Assembly (NCBI RefSeq): GCF_052425735.1
Contig: NC_135762.1
Coordinates: 10,669,846 to 10,728,000, forward strand
DNA: 58,155 bases
From: Oculina patagonica
Taxonomy: Eukaryota
Direction: 5' to 3'
Positions 12,201-24,935 of this stretch are shown in pieces. A model generated the notes under the pieces. It saw nothing but the letters and a program-made list of their open reading frames with translations, did no database searches and had not been told where the DNA came from. A program made the translations under genes and the position numbers. Position 1 is the first letter of the stretch. Every line of letters begins with the position of its first letter.

Positions 12201-15200
12201 GCATGTCCATTGAGTTTACTATGATTAATCAGCATGCCACTTTGACGTTCTTGATCCCACTGTATTGGTTTTTCCTCTGTTTCTCATACTTGACTTTTAA
12301 TATTTTCTTTTCAGAGACATCGTATTTGGCCCTCCTGGTAGATCTAAAGCAGCACTCTTATTTTATTTAGGAAACCTGTTCCTCTGGGGCTATCCTGTTT
12401 ATTTCTTCTATGTAAGTATTTCTATGGGAGCAAGTATTGTGTTTTTACATGTGCCTGAACAGTACAAAGCTCCCAGAAATGTTGCTACTTAACAGCATTC
12501 TGATTATGGGTGATGGTTGAGTACCGTAAATGATCTAATAAACGCCCACTCTCAAATAAACGCCTCGTATCTAATAAACGCCTCCCCTGAAGTGCAAAGT
12601 TTGTATTAGACACCCCTCTCTAATAAACACCCTGTCTCTAATAGACGCCCCACCAAGAATCATCTCAAAAACCAAGGAAATGCTCCATAGAGTAAAATCA
12701 CACAATAAAGTTAGTTTTTTGCTTGACTGGGACATCAACAGACCCTGATGACGATAAAAACCTTGATATCGAACTATGAACAACATCTCTAGGTTTTGCA
12801 TTAGCGCAGATTAGATTAGTCTCCTACTCACCAACTCTGTTATGTATCTTCCTCCACTATAAAACTACCCATCCTATTTGTTTTGTTGACATTGTTACTG
12901 TTAAATTGAAATAAACGCCTCATATCTATTTAACGCCTCCCCTAGGACCCCAAAAATTTAATAGACACCCTGTGCGTTTATTAGATCATTTACGGTATGC
13001 CTCTTTTCTTTATAAGAACGTCAAATATTTTAAATTGAGAAAGAACTGAGACTGAATGTTTTTATTTCTTTCATAATTTGAGCCTAAAAATGTTCTTACC
13101 ATGTCCTTAAGTCAGCAGTATATCAGAATTTCAAAAAACCAAGGCGAGTGTGAGCAGGTTGGAACCGATGAATGGCCCGTGTAGGCTCATTTGAGCTCCT
13201 TGGCTATTTCAAATGTTACATTTTGTTTTATTTCTAAGAAAGCACTGGAGAACCGTATTTAAAGCTAAATGCAAGTAAATAAAAATATTTTAAGCAAAGT
13301 CCCATGTTGCCTTTTTTGGGCGCATTCTTAGCACCTCCAAAATTCCAGTGTAGGGCCCCAAGGCTCCAGGTCCAAAAAAGGCAGTCTCCGGGCTCCATAT
13401 ATGAAAAAGAATTTCATCAAGCTGTGAGTAATTTTAACATTGAAACATTGTTTTTCTCGCAGGTTCTTCCTGACTCGTGGAGTTACATTCCTTGGGCTCA
13501 CTACTTGTTTATTTTCCTTAATGTACTCATGTGGGTGTCTTTGTATTACGCCAACTCGAGGGATCCGGGATTTATCCCGTGCCACAGTCCCGATTATGAC
13601 ATGGCTCTAAAGCAGGTATGTTCACTTGGCAGCTTCGTGTGTCATTTCTCAAGCACTAAACGGGGTTTGCGCAGTGCCTATGCTTGATTTTCTCGGGAGA
13701 TGTCGATGCCACTGGGGACACCCCCAGATAAACATAACGGGATGATCTTCAGGAAATTTGAAATGAATCCCAAGAAAACACCAGAATCTCGTTTGAGAAT
13801 GTGGATTGAATTCATTTCCACCCCTTGGAAGAACCAATACTAAAGCGAGGGATAGACAGTTCCGAAAGTTGCGTTGTGCCACAGGTTACATTGTACGTCA
13901 TTTCTCTCATCGACCATAGCTTTTGACCAGTGAGCGCGCTGAATTTTTCTCATGTATCGTATGAAGGTATTTTGCAGCCTGTCTTTTTGGTGATGTGTTT
14001 GCTTTGTCTTAGGTTCCATTCTATGAAGAGTGGCAGGCCAGGACAGGTCAGAATCCACTGGAGAACCTATGCCACACGTGTAGACTGGTGCGACCCCTGC
14101 GCGCAAAGCATTGTAGGATATGCAACCGGTGTGTTAAGCACTTTGATCATCACTGTCCGTACATTAACAACTGTGTTGGTCTTCACAACAGGTAAGCAAC
14201 TGTCTTGTTGTACTTTGAAATTTAGTCATAAAGTTGTAGCTGGTAGTAGCTGGTAGAGGACGGTTGGAATGATCCTGTCTCTGTTCCAACCGTCCTCCAT
14301 GAACGTAGTTTAAATTGTATTTCACCTGCATCTAAAGGCACAGTCTGATGATCGCTTCGTGTGTGAAACTCTGAGTAACTGTCCGTGAAGTTTCTATCTT
14401 TAATTATAGTATTCCGCTCTGCATGTATTTGCATTGAGCACTTCTACGATTGTGTGAAACCTTTTACATTTTTCTTTGTTAATTTTACTGATCAGATATC
14501 TGTTATATTTAGATACCGAGCAAAAAGGTCCAAGAATGCATAAGATATTGATAAGGCCGCCTTAGATCAATCTTCAGAAGCTTTGGACTAGGATTGCGTT
14601 GTTGAGATTGATTATTAAGATTAATATTAATCCGATTAATATTAATCTTAATAGATTAAGGCACGGCTCAAACTTCAATAATAGATTGTAATAATCTATT
14701 ACTGGATTATAATAATCTATAACTGGATTATAATAATCTATTACTGGATTATAATAATCATTAGGATTAATATTAATCCGATTAATATAAATCCGAGTTG
14801 TCCTGTTAAAACAAGAGTTTCAAAGAATCAAAGTTTAAATACTTTTATTATTATTGTAAATAATATGAGGCACTTTAAGTTACTTATATTAAAATTACCT
14901 ACCGCACCCCCCCCCCCCGCCCCCCCCCCCCCAAAAAAAAACGGTTTAACCGAGTTAATCTGTTTCATATTTTATACGGGAATAGCATTTGATTTTAGAT
15001 GTATTTTGTACGGGAATGGCATTTGATTTAGAGGGTTTTGTTAGGGTAAGGTTTCCGTTTTTCTTCGGAGTTATTTCTAGTAAGTCGTCTTTGACGATTC
15101 TTCCGAAACAATGTTCTAGAAAGGACCATCACAGTGCTGGTTTTCGTGCACGCAAGTACTCTCGCCGAATCGTGTTCGTCAAATTTTGAGGCCACTAAAT

Positions 15201-16261
15201 TTCGTCCATTTGGGTAATCAGACAGGTGGTATCTTGCATAGCCCCCCTCCTACCCCTACACAAGGTGGGTCCTCATCGAGTACACTTGTTATGATAATAT
15301 AATATAATTAAAATATAATTTAAGTTTTTTCGGGGGTATGGTGGATCAAAGTGATAGTGTAATGGCGAGGGAAGGATGTTAGCTAAAGCGCTCGATTTTT
15401 ATTAGCAAGTCAATAATAAATTGCTTTACCAACTTTTCTTCCAGGGGCCCGTTCTTCATATTCGTAACGTGTGTAGCATGGTGTAGTTTTATTACACTGT
15501 ACTTTGCTATCACCATGCTGCACTTGTTCGGATTCAGCTGGATATTCCTTCTCGGATTGCTACAGTTTATTGTGGTATCCCTTCTCATGGGAGCTCTTTT
15601 CATCTTTTTAGTAAGTATGAACCGTAAAATTTGGCCCCGTTTTGTCCGACTTTTTCTTCTATGATGTACGAAATTTATTTGTCTTTATGCTTGCACGTGT
15701 GTTCACACTGAAAAAGAAAAACCTTGTAACGGCTAGGGTAAGGCACACGAAGGCGTAAGAAAATCTTCGGTTGGTTTACATTGCCTCGCAAGTTAAAAAC
15801 AGGCTTTATAAAACCTCCTAAGGATGGCGTTCAAATTCTCGTTACCGGATGCCGATCTATATTTTCTTTGGCCCTCCTCAGGGGAAATTAATTTTTAATC
15901 AGGGAGCTGTACCTAGTTCTTCTCGCGCGACAATTTGCCTGTCGTGTTTGTCTTTACTCGATCGACGACTTTTTTGATAATCAGATGGAAGAACTCTACC
16001 TTTTTCTCACGGGTAACTTGTGTCACCGACTGAATATCTTTTTCACTTTTGACATGTTGTTTTCTTTTCCAACAGCTCAATCAAATTTCTATCAACCTTA
16101 CTACTAATGAGAGAATAAACAAAAAGCGATACGCGTACCTCAGAGGACCATCCGGGATCTTCCTGAACCCGTTCGACAGGGGCTACTTTAAGAACTGGTT
16201 AGAATTCTTTCACTGGGTGGAACCATTCGACAAGAAACCTAACCTGATGTACAACGTGTAA
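6256..16261 (+). CDS. Ankyrin-repeat DHHC protein S-palmitoyltransferase (Akr1/HIP14/Patsas-like), 10 exons, ~510 aa
   Basis: Phase-consistent GT-AG exons: 6256-6338, 7432-7838, 8670-8740, 9627-9689, 10897-11024, 12315-12411, 13463-13615, 14013-14191, 15445-15610, 16076-16261 (sum 1533 nt). Ankyrin repeats ([44 protein letters not shown]), DPG motif, Cys-rich domain [37 protein letters not shown], TTxE (TTNE) and NPFDRG C-terminal motifs. Confidence 0.93.
8238..8441. mobile_element. MITE with CAACCCTCC...GGAGGGTTG TIRs
   Basis: TIRs CAACCCTCCGAGTT / AACTTGGAGGGTTG, with CTTAA on both sides; internal GGCGACTAAA repeats. Confidence 0.7.
9133..9420 (+). mobile_element. tRNA-derived SINE, full length, with 13-bp TSD
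   Basis: Pol III A box (TGGCCTAATGG) and B box (GGTTCGAGGCC); core GGGCAAGACACTTTACTCTCACAGTGCCTCTCTCCACCCAGGTGTATAAATGGG; direct repeat TCCTGTGCCCATC at 9120-9132 and 9421-9433. Confidence 0.88.
9782..10295 (+). mobile_element. Second copy of the same SINE, interrupted by a MITE at 9999-10203
   Basis: A/B boxes (TGGCCCAATGG, GGTTCGAGCCC) and the same core as 9133-9420. The insert has TIRs AGGCGTGGTGAATGG / CCATTCGACACCCCT and duplicated AAATACT. Confidence 0.82.
11222..11584. mobile_element. TTAA-flanked non-autonomous DNA transposon (Kolobok/piggyBac-type target)
   Basis: TTAA|AGGGGCTATGTCA...TGACATAGCCCCT|TTAA; the TIR extends imperfectly to ~30 bp. Confidence 0.8.
12524..12995. mobile_element. 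TA-flanked Tc1/mariner-type MITE
   Basis: TA|CCGTAAATGATCTAATAAACGC ... GCGTTTATTAGATCATTTACGG|TA; internal TAATAAACGCC repeats. Confidence 0.82.
14600..14800. repeat. AT-rich tandem/palindromic repeat (TAATAATCTATTACTGGATTA units; GATTAATATTAATC palindromes)
   Basis: About three 21-bp tandem units bracketed by ATTAATATTAATCCGATTAATAT blocks in intron 8 of the DHHC gene. Confidence 0.65.
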
Positions 16262-18039
16262 CGGATTATTTGGGACCTTGAAGTACCATATGGGTTATTT
16301 GTTTTATCTTCCTTGTGAGATGATCGCGAAAAGCCTGGCGAGAATTCGGTTTAACTGGTAAAACGATAGCACAGAACACAGAATCTTTGCCCATGCGTTT
16401 GATCAGTTGTGAGGCCACTTATCCAGCCTGAATATATAGACATTTGCCTCAAGAGCTGGCTGAAGTACTCTTACTTATAAATGACATAGTTACCATATTC
16501 CATAGCCAAGTTTCGCCGGGAGATTCTACCTCAACCCACCCATGGATGATGAAGTGAGTCTCCCATATCACCTACCCGCGTATCTAGATTTAAACCCAGT
16601 TACCGACTATAGGCAAACTCGCAATCTGATTTAGAACAAAAGCTCCAAATACCACGTGGCGCTAGAAAATTACAAGTGAAATAAAATAGGGGTGAAAGGT
16701 GCCAAAAAGAAGAAGAAGAAGGGCTGGTTTCTTTTTAAAAAATCCTTTTTGGCACTCGCAATCTGATTGGTTATGTAAGCGCGGTCTAATTTTCGAGACT
16801 GTTTTGGGAGCGCGCGCAAGAAAAATTGCTAAAATCACAAACCAAAACTACAGTATAAATAAACCACTTTCACTTAACTTGAAAAATATGGACGCGTTTA
16901 TGGTGTGGCTATTATCCTAAATATAACGGGAACTGAAAATAATATATATAAATATCTGAGATATTTTAAGAGTAGATGGCCCACATACACTGTAAACAAA
17001 ATATACAAGTATGTGTGCATTTTGTAGCGAGTCTTTTTTTCGTCAGCGCAACCTTTTACAGGTAATGGGACTCGACAAAATTCCCTAAAACAGATAAAAA
17101 GATTTTTATCAAGGCAGTGAATAGAAAGAGGTCACTATAATTACATGAAAAGTATATGTGGGCTTTGACTTAAAACAGTCAACGCTCTCTAAGACTGAAG
17201 TTCGTCTTGTAAACTTTTGTCGTGCGGATTTTGCCTTTATTAACCATCTGCCCTTGGTTCGCTGAGGATGAGATTTAATTACTGAAAATGCCAAATATTT
17301 TATTGACATTATAGTTTTAAATAACTGCAGAAGATAGCTTTAGGCAAGAATACCAAAAAAAAAAAACATATTGAGACTGACCTTACTCTTTTTAATGGTG
17401 CATTATACCTAAATTCTATGTTTTTTGTACGTTAGCACTATTCTTCCTTTATCTTCCCTGGGAACGAGGTTGGAATATTTTGATGATTTTAAAGTATATT
17501 TATGGAGTAGGAGAAGCAATTTACGGGTGGGCCGGGAATTAGTGAATTTGAAATATTAATAGAAATTTAAGATAAGAATGTTAGTTTTAAAAAAAAGTGA
17601 TCTAAAGTGCTCTATTAACTTTCATCTCATTTCATAAAATTTACCAATAACACCTCGTAATTCCACAATAAGCTAGCAAAACGTGATCTTTGCAACAAAG
17701 ACTAAATAGACATCAAATCTAAAAGAAGACCTTCACATTGAGTTTCTTTTAGTTTCAACATGTGTCAGATGTGTTTGCTGTGAAATGTAATACAAAAGTT
17801 GACAACTGTGATATCCCTATTTCTTCCGCGGTCCTTTATTTTAAGTCATTACAAATTAAATAAACGACAGTATGGATCAAGTTTTCTTTTAGTTTCAAAC
17901 ATGATCATGTATCTTACAGACACTTGATATTTATGACGTGTTTCTGAAATAAAATACTACCACAAGGTCATGTTAAATCTTTTGTTTTTCACATAGTTCT
18001 TCAGGGAAGAACACCTTGTCTTTTAGTTTCCATCACGCT

Positions 18040-20116
18040 TCAATTTAACGATTGCATAAGAAAAGCACACGAAACCTGCCCCAAAGCAGTTCTATTAGCG
18101 TTCTTGGGAACACCATTGCGTTTGAGCGCCAAATAAAATCCGACGTGGTGGTTCGACTCGTAGTAGTTAAAGCCGTCGCTGTGGTGAATCTCCTTCCATA
18201 CACAGGATGGGTTCTCGCTGTCCTGGAAAAAACAATTACAGAGATCCATATGGTTAACTACTTGTTGGTTAAAATGCATAGTGAACGTAATTTTTTTGGG
18301 AAATTTAATTTTTTCATTTTCTATTAGGCTTATAATTCCAAAGTGAACCTCGAGTTAAGTACGGTGGTTCTGTCTTCTAAAGTGTAACAATTTTGTGATT
18401 TATTCACCAGGTAAACGTATGTTGCTAGGGTAGAATGTTAAGTTTCGAGCAGCTGACAGGTGCTGTTTTATGGGCAGGCATTTTTCTCTCTACCAAACCC
18501 GTCCAGGCTTTCTCTGTTTGTGGGGACGAACGAAGAAGTGGGCAAAGGAGAAACGGCGCGGACGAGGGAAAAGCTTTCTCGATCGCCCGTTCACACTAAC
18601 CAAGAGGCTGAAACGGGCGCTGGACCAGCTTTGTTAAAAACTACTGAACTAGGGCACCTATATAAGCTATAAAGGGGATGTTACCTCAATGTACGCATAC
18701 ATCAGGTTTCGAATTCCAAATCATAGTAGGGGACCTCTACTAACTCACCTCTACTAACTATGTCCAAATTGAAAACGTCGGACAGACATACTCTGCCCTT
18801 GTGTCTTGGCAAAATTTCTACCAACTCATAAGAATTTGCTCATCATCACCAATTCACTTAATATCTTCATATTGGTGTTCTTGGCGCATTTTGCGTGGGC
18901 CTACTTTGTGACCCAAAGTCGCCCAAAGTCGCTCTAAGCATAAGTCATGGGGATAGTATAGATATTTTCTGAAACAATGCTTTATGGTGTACGATGATGA
19001 TTCGAATTCCATGTACATGTATACCACAACTATACTTAGGTCAGTCACCTAAAATTGCCTAAAAGGTCACTTAAAATTGCCTAAAGTCGCTCAAAATCGC
19101 CCAAAGTCGCCCAAAATCACCTTAAGTCGCCCAAAATTGCCTGTAATTTTGGACAAAATAAGCTACAATCGCCTAAAGTCGCCTTAAGTCGCCAAAAGTT
19201 ACGGCGACTTTGCGTTTGAGAGAAGATACTTAGCCATGATTTTAACACCTTTAGAAAGTATTTAACCAAAATCCAGCATAATCCCCATAATAGTGCCTCT
19301 TTAATTACATGATGGAGATTAACTTTCTAATTTTGGCGCGAGATTATCTCACTGACATAAAATATTTTTTATCCAGTTAGTCCAATATCTCAATAAAATC
19401 GTTGAGAGATGTTTGAGCTGTGTTTGTTAACACTTACTTAGAACCATCACTTACTAGTAAAATGTTGAAAATTAATTAGAAAACGGCATTCCTTTCAAGA
19501 AAAGATCATTTCTCTGGTTTTGCTGCTAATTTAACCCCAGTCTAACCTTTAAACCAGCAAAGAAAAAAAATTACATCGATTGGAAAAATTCCGGCACAAG
19601 TATGGATAAGCTATAGATAATGTTTTGAAAACTACGATAGTACATTTGAAACGAGAAAGCATGTTTCGAATTTGTGCCCATCCGTTTTCATGATGTCTAA
19701 AATTTGAATATGACAGTTACAAGTTTATAAAGTGCAATTAAAAGAGGATAGAGAGCCACTTTAATGATAGGTTATGATAAGGCTTACCGTTGTGTATAAA
19801 TTCCCTTGGGCATTGATCGCAATATAAACATTGGTCTTTTCTGCTCGAATGGTAACCTCGCTGAAATCGATCGTTTTCATTTCTAAAACTGGGAAAACAA
19901 AAAGGAAGCCATTTGAGTGAGTGATTTTTGAATGACTCGATGATTAGCAAAATTGTATATTACTTCGCGGTGATGAATGTATATTATAAATCGCAGACAT
20001 TTTTCTATCTTACCACAGTGTTCATCTTGGGTTCTCGAGCCACCAATGTTCTTCTGTTCGTCAATTTGAAGATAATAACCCCACCTTGACGTCAAAATCA
20101 CTCTTCGGGACACCAT
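18040..20116 (-). CDS. Fibroblast growth factor, FGF1/2-like minimal core, 3 exons, 128 aa, no signal peptide
   Basis: Exons 20116-20014, 19888-19788, 18222-18040 splice in phase (1,0) to MVSRRVILTSRWGYYLQIDEQKNIGGSRTQDEHC-VLEMKTIDFSEVTIRAEKTNVYIAINAQGNLYTT-DSENPSCVWKEIHHSDGFNYYESNHHVGFYLALKRNGVPKNANRTALGQVSCAFLMQSLN*. FGF beta-trefoil motifs and the typical FGF intron positions. Confidence 0.9.
19020..19215. repeat. Short 10-bp-period array (CCAAAGTCGC-like) in FGF intron 2
   Basis: Roughly a dozen or more degenerate units CTAAAATTGC/CTAAAGTCGC/CCAAAGTCGC, ending in the inverted pair AAGTCGCC...GGCGACTT. Confidence 0.65.
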
Positions 20117-21240
20117 GGTGAATCAAGTCTACTTTCCACTGTCTAACAATTAATCAAATTTCACTTCTGGTAGAAATCTCTGATCCATTCCAGACGGACA
20201 AACACAGCGCAGACGTGCAGTGGAGACTATACATAGAACAAGTGATGTTACAGTTCAAAGGTAGTGACACATCGATTAAAATGAAATGTAAGTTGATCGG
20301 CCGGAACCAAAGAACGTGTTCATGATGAACACGTTCTTTTATGTGAAAAAAAAACAAACACTATAAATACTTCAGTTTCAACCGATTCTTTAAATTTTTT
20401 TGATCCTCTCGTCAACTTCGTCATTCAAATACTTTTTTAAAAAAGCTTTTGCTTTTTTATACCAAATATCAGATGAACGCCTAGTTTGGGTATCGTACCG
20501 GGAATAGTTTAAATAGTAATCATTTCAGTATTCGATCTTCCCTAGATTTTTCACGATTGTGCTAGCACTTAATTATATTTTAGTTTTATAAAACGAGACG
20601 TCGCGGCGATCCAATAAAGATAATAAAACCGACTAGAAATCAAACTGGCTGGCTACAAAATTGTTAATTCAGTTTTTTTCATTTTCACTAACGCAACAGT
20701 TTTCTTTGCCCTGAAAAACCAGAAATTCAGAGAGAGGATGTTTTAGGGTCACGTGGGGTGTTGGCGTGAGTTTCTTAAAATAATTTAGACACCGCCCCAC
20801 GTTTACAAGTCATACACGTGGGGTCAGTAACACAGAAAGTATTGGATTTGTGGTTTACATCAAAACGTTGTGGGTGTCTGACTAGACGCTAATAAATTAC
20901 AGTGGAATACAGACCCCTCTGTCTATTTATCTGGCTTCCAGGCTTCCTGAAATCTCTTAGAATTGAAGATTCTGCTCTCAGTCGTATTTCCTTTAAAGCC
21001 TAGTATAGTCGGTGGCTAGGCCCTTCCTGATTATGCTAGCATTTTTTCCGGAATATTTTGGCATTTTTGTCGCTTTTTCTCCAAAAAGAATTGCTAGCAC
21101 AATTCAGCATTTCCGCCATTTTAATCTAAGTTATTGTTGTCAAAAGCATAACTTTGGTTGTTTTTCAGTGGTGTTCTAACAATGCTAAAGACCTAAGGAA
21201 ACTTCAATTTTCCAAGCTCTCCACATAAATACTGTCTCTC

Positions 21241-24200
21241 CATACCAGTTCTGACTTGGAAGAAGGCCTAGCCGGTCAGCGGTTAACTTAAATTTTCGGG
21301 ATGTACTTCATGTATCCCTTATTATAGTGTATTCAGATTATAGTGTATTCAGATGGTTATTCCCCTTTATTTTCATGTATTCCCCTGTATTCTCCTGTAT
21401 TCTCATGTATTCCCCTATATTCTCATGTATTCCCCTGTATTCTCATGTATTCCCCTGCATTCTCATGTATTCCCCTGTTTTCCCCTGTATTCCCCTGTTT
21501 TCTCTTGTATTCCCCTGTATTCTCATGTATTCTCATGTATTCCCCTGTATTCTCCTGTATTCTCGTGTTTTCTCCTGTAATCCCCTGTATTCTCGTGTTT
21601 TCTCCTGTATTCCAATGTATTCCCATGTTTTTTCCTGTATTCTCTTGTATTCTCATGTATTCCCGTGTTTTCTCATGTATTCCCCTGTATTCTCCTGTAT
21701 TCTCCTGTATTCCCCTGTATTCCCATGTTTTCTCCTGTATTCCCCTGTATTCCCGTGTTTTCTCGTGTTTTCTCGTGTATTCTCCTGTATTCCCGTGTAT
21801 TCCCATGTATTCTCCTGTATTCTCCTGTTTTCTCCTGTATTCTCCTGTATTCTCATGTATTCCCCTATATTCTCATGTATTCCCCTGTATTCCCCTGTAT
21901 TCTCATGTATTCTCATGTATTCCCCTGTATTCTCATGTATTCCCCTGTTTTCCCCTGTATTCCCCTGTTTTCTCTTGTATTCCCCTGTATTCTCATGTAT
22001 TCTCATGTATTCCCCTGTATTCTCCTGTATTCCCGTGTTTTCTCCAGTAATCCCCTGTATTCTCGTGTTTTCTCCTGTATTCCAATGTATTCCCATGTTT
22101 TTTCCTGTATTCTCCTGTAGTCTCATGTATTCCCGTGTTTTCTCCTGTATTCCCCTGTAATTCTCCTTTATTCTCCTGTTTTCTCCTGTTTTCCCCTGTA
22201 TTCCCATGTTTTCTCCTGTATTCCCCTGTATTCTCGTGTTTCCTCGTGTTTTCTCATGTATTCTCCTGTATTCCCGTGTATTCCCATGTATTCTCCTGTA
22301 TTCTCCTGTATTCTCCAGTATTCTCATGTATTCCCTTGTATTCTCCTGTATTCCCGTGTTTTCTCCTGTATTCCCCTGTATTCTCGTGTTTTTTCGTGTT
22401 TTCTCCTGTATTCCAATGTATTCCCATGTTTCCTCCTGTATTCTCATGTATTCCCATGTTTTCTCCTGTATTCTCATGTATTCTGTATTCCCATGTTTTC
22501 TCTCGTATTCCCATGTTTTCTCCTGTATTCCCATGTTTTCTCCTGTATTCTCATGTATTCCCCTGTATTCTCCTGCATTCCCGTGTTTTCTCCTGTATTC
22601 CCCTGTATTCTCGTTTTTTTTCGTGTTTTCTCCTGTATTCCAATGTATTCACATGTTTCCTCCTGTATTCTCCTGTTTTCTCCTGTATTCCCCTGTATTC
22701 CCATGTTTTCTCCTGTATTCCCCTGTATTCTCGTGTTTTCTCGTGTTTTCTCCTGTATTCCAATGTATTCCCGTGTTTTCTCCTGTATTCCCCTGTATTC
22801 TTGTGTATTCTCGTGTTTTCTCCTGTATTCTCCTGTATTCTCATGTATTCCTCTGTATTCTCCTGTATTCCCGTGTTTTCTCCTGTATTCCCCTGTATTC
22901 TCGTGTTTTTTCGTGTTTTCTCCTGTATTCCAATGTATTCCCATGTTTCCTCCTGTATTCTCTTGTATTTCCATGTTTTCTCCTGTATTCTCATGTATTC
23001 CCCTGTATTCCCATGTTTTCTCTCGTATTCCCGTGTTTTCTCCTGTATTCCCTTGTATTCTGGTGTTTTCTCCTGTATTCTCCTGAATTCCTCTGTATTC
23101 TCCTGTATTCCCCTGTATTCTCATGTATTCCCCTGTATTCTCCTGTATTCTCCTGCATTCTCCTGTTTTCTCCTGTATTCCCCTGTATTCCCATGTTTTC
23201 TCCGGTATTCCCCTGTTTTCGCCTGTGTTCTACTGTATTTACCTGTATTCCCATTTTTTCACCTGTATTGTACTGCATTCCCCTGTACTCACCTGTATTC
23301 CTATGTTTTCGCCTGTATTCTCCTGTATTCTCCTGTATTTCCCTGTATTCCCATGTATTCCCATGTTTTCTCCTGTATTGCAATGTATTCTCATGTTTTC
23401 TCCTGTATTCTTTTGTATTCTTTTGTATTCTCTTGTATTCTCCTGTATTCCGCTGTATTCTTCTGTATTCTCCTGTATTCCCCTCTATTCCCATGGTTTC
23501 TCCTGTATTCCCCTGTATTCCCCAGTATTCCCATGTTTTCTCCTGTATTCCCCTGTTTTCAAATGTATTCTCTTGTTTTCTCCTGTTTTTCCCTGTATTC
23601 CCATGTTTTCTCCTGTATTCTCATGTATTCTCCTGTGTTCCCCTGTATTCTCCTATATTCTCCTATAAAACGAAGGACTCTGGGGACACAGCATTTTTAG
23701 TCCTAGATTCTATCACTTTCGGTCTTCATGTATGCAGTCATGACGCTTCACACAATAAAAAAATCTAATTAATTCAAAAATCCTATGTCCTTAGAGCCTT
23801 CGTTCCCTTGCAATTGTGCCAAGCCGGCTAAGAGAAACGAAAGGGCTATGGGGACGGTAGTCCAGTCCCTGAACTCTCTCTTCTGCGCGCCCTTTCCATG
23901 GGAAGTTGAAGACATCAAAAGCTCTAGAAATGCACTTACTGTTAACATCTGATAAAACATCGTTCAAGTAGAGAACCCTGTTTATGACATAGTTAAGTCA
24001 ATTTTCATATGTGAAGGTTACAATCTTTCATTTTTTTGAGTCCCAGCTCCTGCAGGAATTCCTGAACAACAGCCACTACGTACGTGATTTTTAATATTCG
24101 TTATAGCATTCTTACTTTCTTCTGAAAGGCAATAGTCCCATTTTTTAATGAACATATGTAAATTTGAATCTATAGTTTCAGGATCTAATGTTTCCATTTT

Positions 24201-24935
24201 TCTACATGATTCAAGATCGCCATTTGCACGGAATATAAGCCCAAATTCATTAGAGATTTGCTGTGAATGGCAGGAACCTTTTGGTATGGTTTTGACAAAG
24301 CGCTGGCATGCATGGAAAATGTCGAGCTTAACTGGAACGGCGGGAAAAACCCTGCGATACGATGGCCGTATGGCACAACAGTCATCCACCATAATCATGT
24401 TCAACTGTTGACCTCTCTTATCAAGCGAGGTTTTTAAATCCTGTAAAAGGTCCTCTACCTCCTTAAAAGCCGTGCTCCGAGTTAGCCTCCACGCCACAAC
24501 TTGACCATGTTCATTTAGGGCACTAAACAAATTTTCAAATTGATTTATAAAAGCATTGTCTGAGCTCCTTGCCACACCAATATGTTTGCTTACTTTAAAC
24601 GTGTGGTCACAAGTCAATATTGAGCATGGTATAGCTTCCATCTGGTTTTGATATGAGATTTCCATATTGTTAAAGAAAGATAGAAACATGTGCATAAGCT
24701 GGTCATTGCTAGGGAACGAATACAATTCCTTTTCATAAACTGATGTTTTTGAATCTGTACCTTCTTCGCTGTTGTGCACAAATGTCTTAAAGTTAATCGA
24801 TGCAATGTCCTCTGCAAGTTCCAAAAAGCTTTGTCCTCGTCCTATATGGGTTACAACATAGTCGATTAAATCTCGAGAAAACGCAGACAGATAAAATAGC
24901 TTGATAGGAAACTTCTTCTTTATTGCCGTTGGGAT
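21241..24935 (-). mobile_element. 5'-truncated Zisupton-like (KDZ superfamily) DNA transposon: transposase core plus terminal 10-bp array
   Basis: ORF segment ~24935-24018 has ILTCDHTFKVSKHIG, LNEHGQVVAWRLT, IMVDDCC, VKLDIFHACQRF and GTQKNERL, the motif order of Zisupton-type transposases as I recall them. The left boundary at 21241 (CATACCAG...CTTGG) is inferred only from resemblance to the terminus at 27569. Confidence 0.62.
21357..23666. repeat. 10-bp minisatellite array, consensus TGTATTC(T/C)CC, ~230 units
   Basis: Continuous 10-bp periodicity (tcccctgtat/tctcatgtat/tctcctgttt variants) with a few phase slips and a more degenerate right end. Confidence 0.97.

Noticed and set aside
21327-23768. 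Long Cys/Ser/Pro/Phe-rich and Gly/Glu/Asn-rich ORFs (up to 521 aa) on both strands
   Set aside because: By-products of a nearly stop-free 10-bp repeat read in all frames; no evidence of coding.
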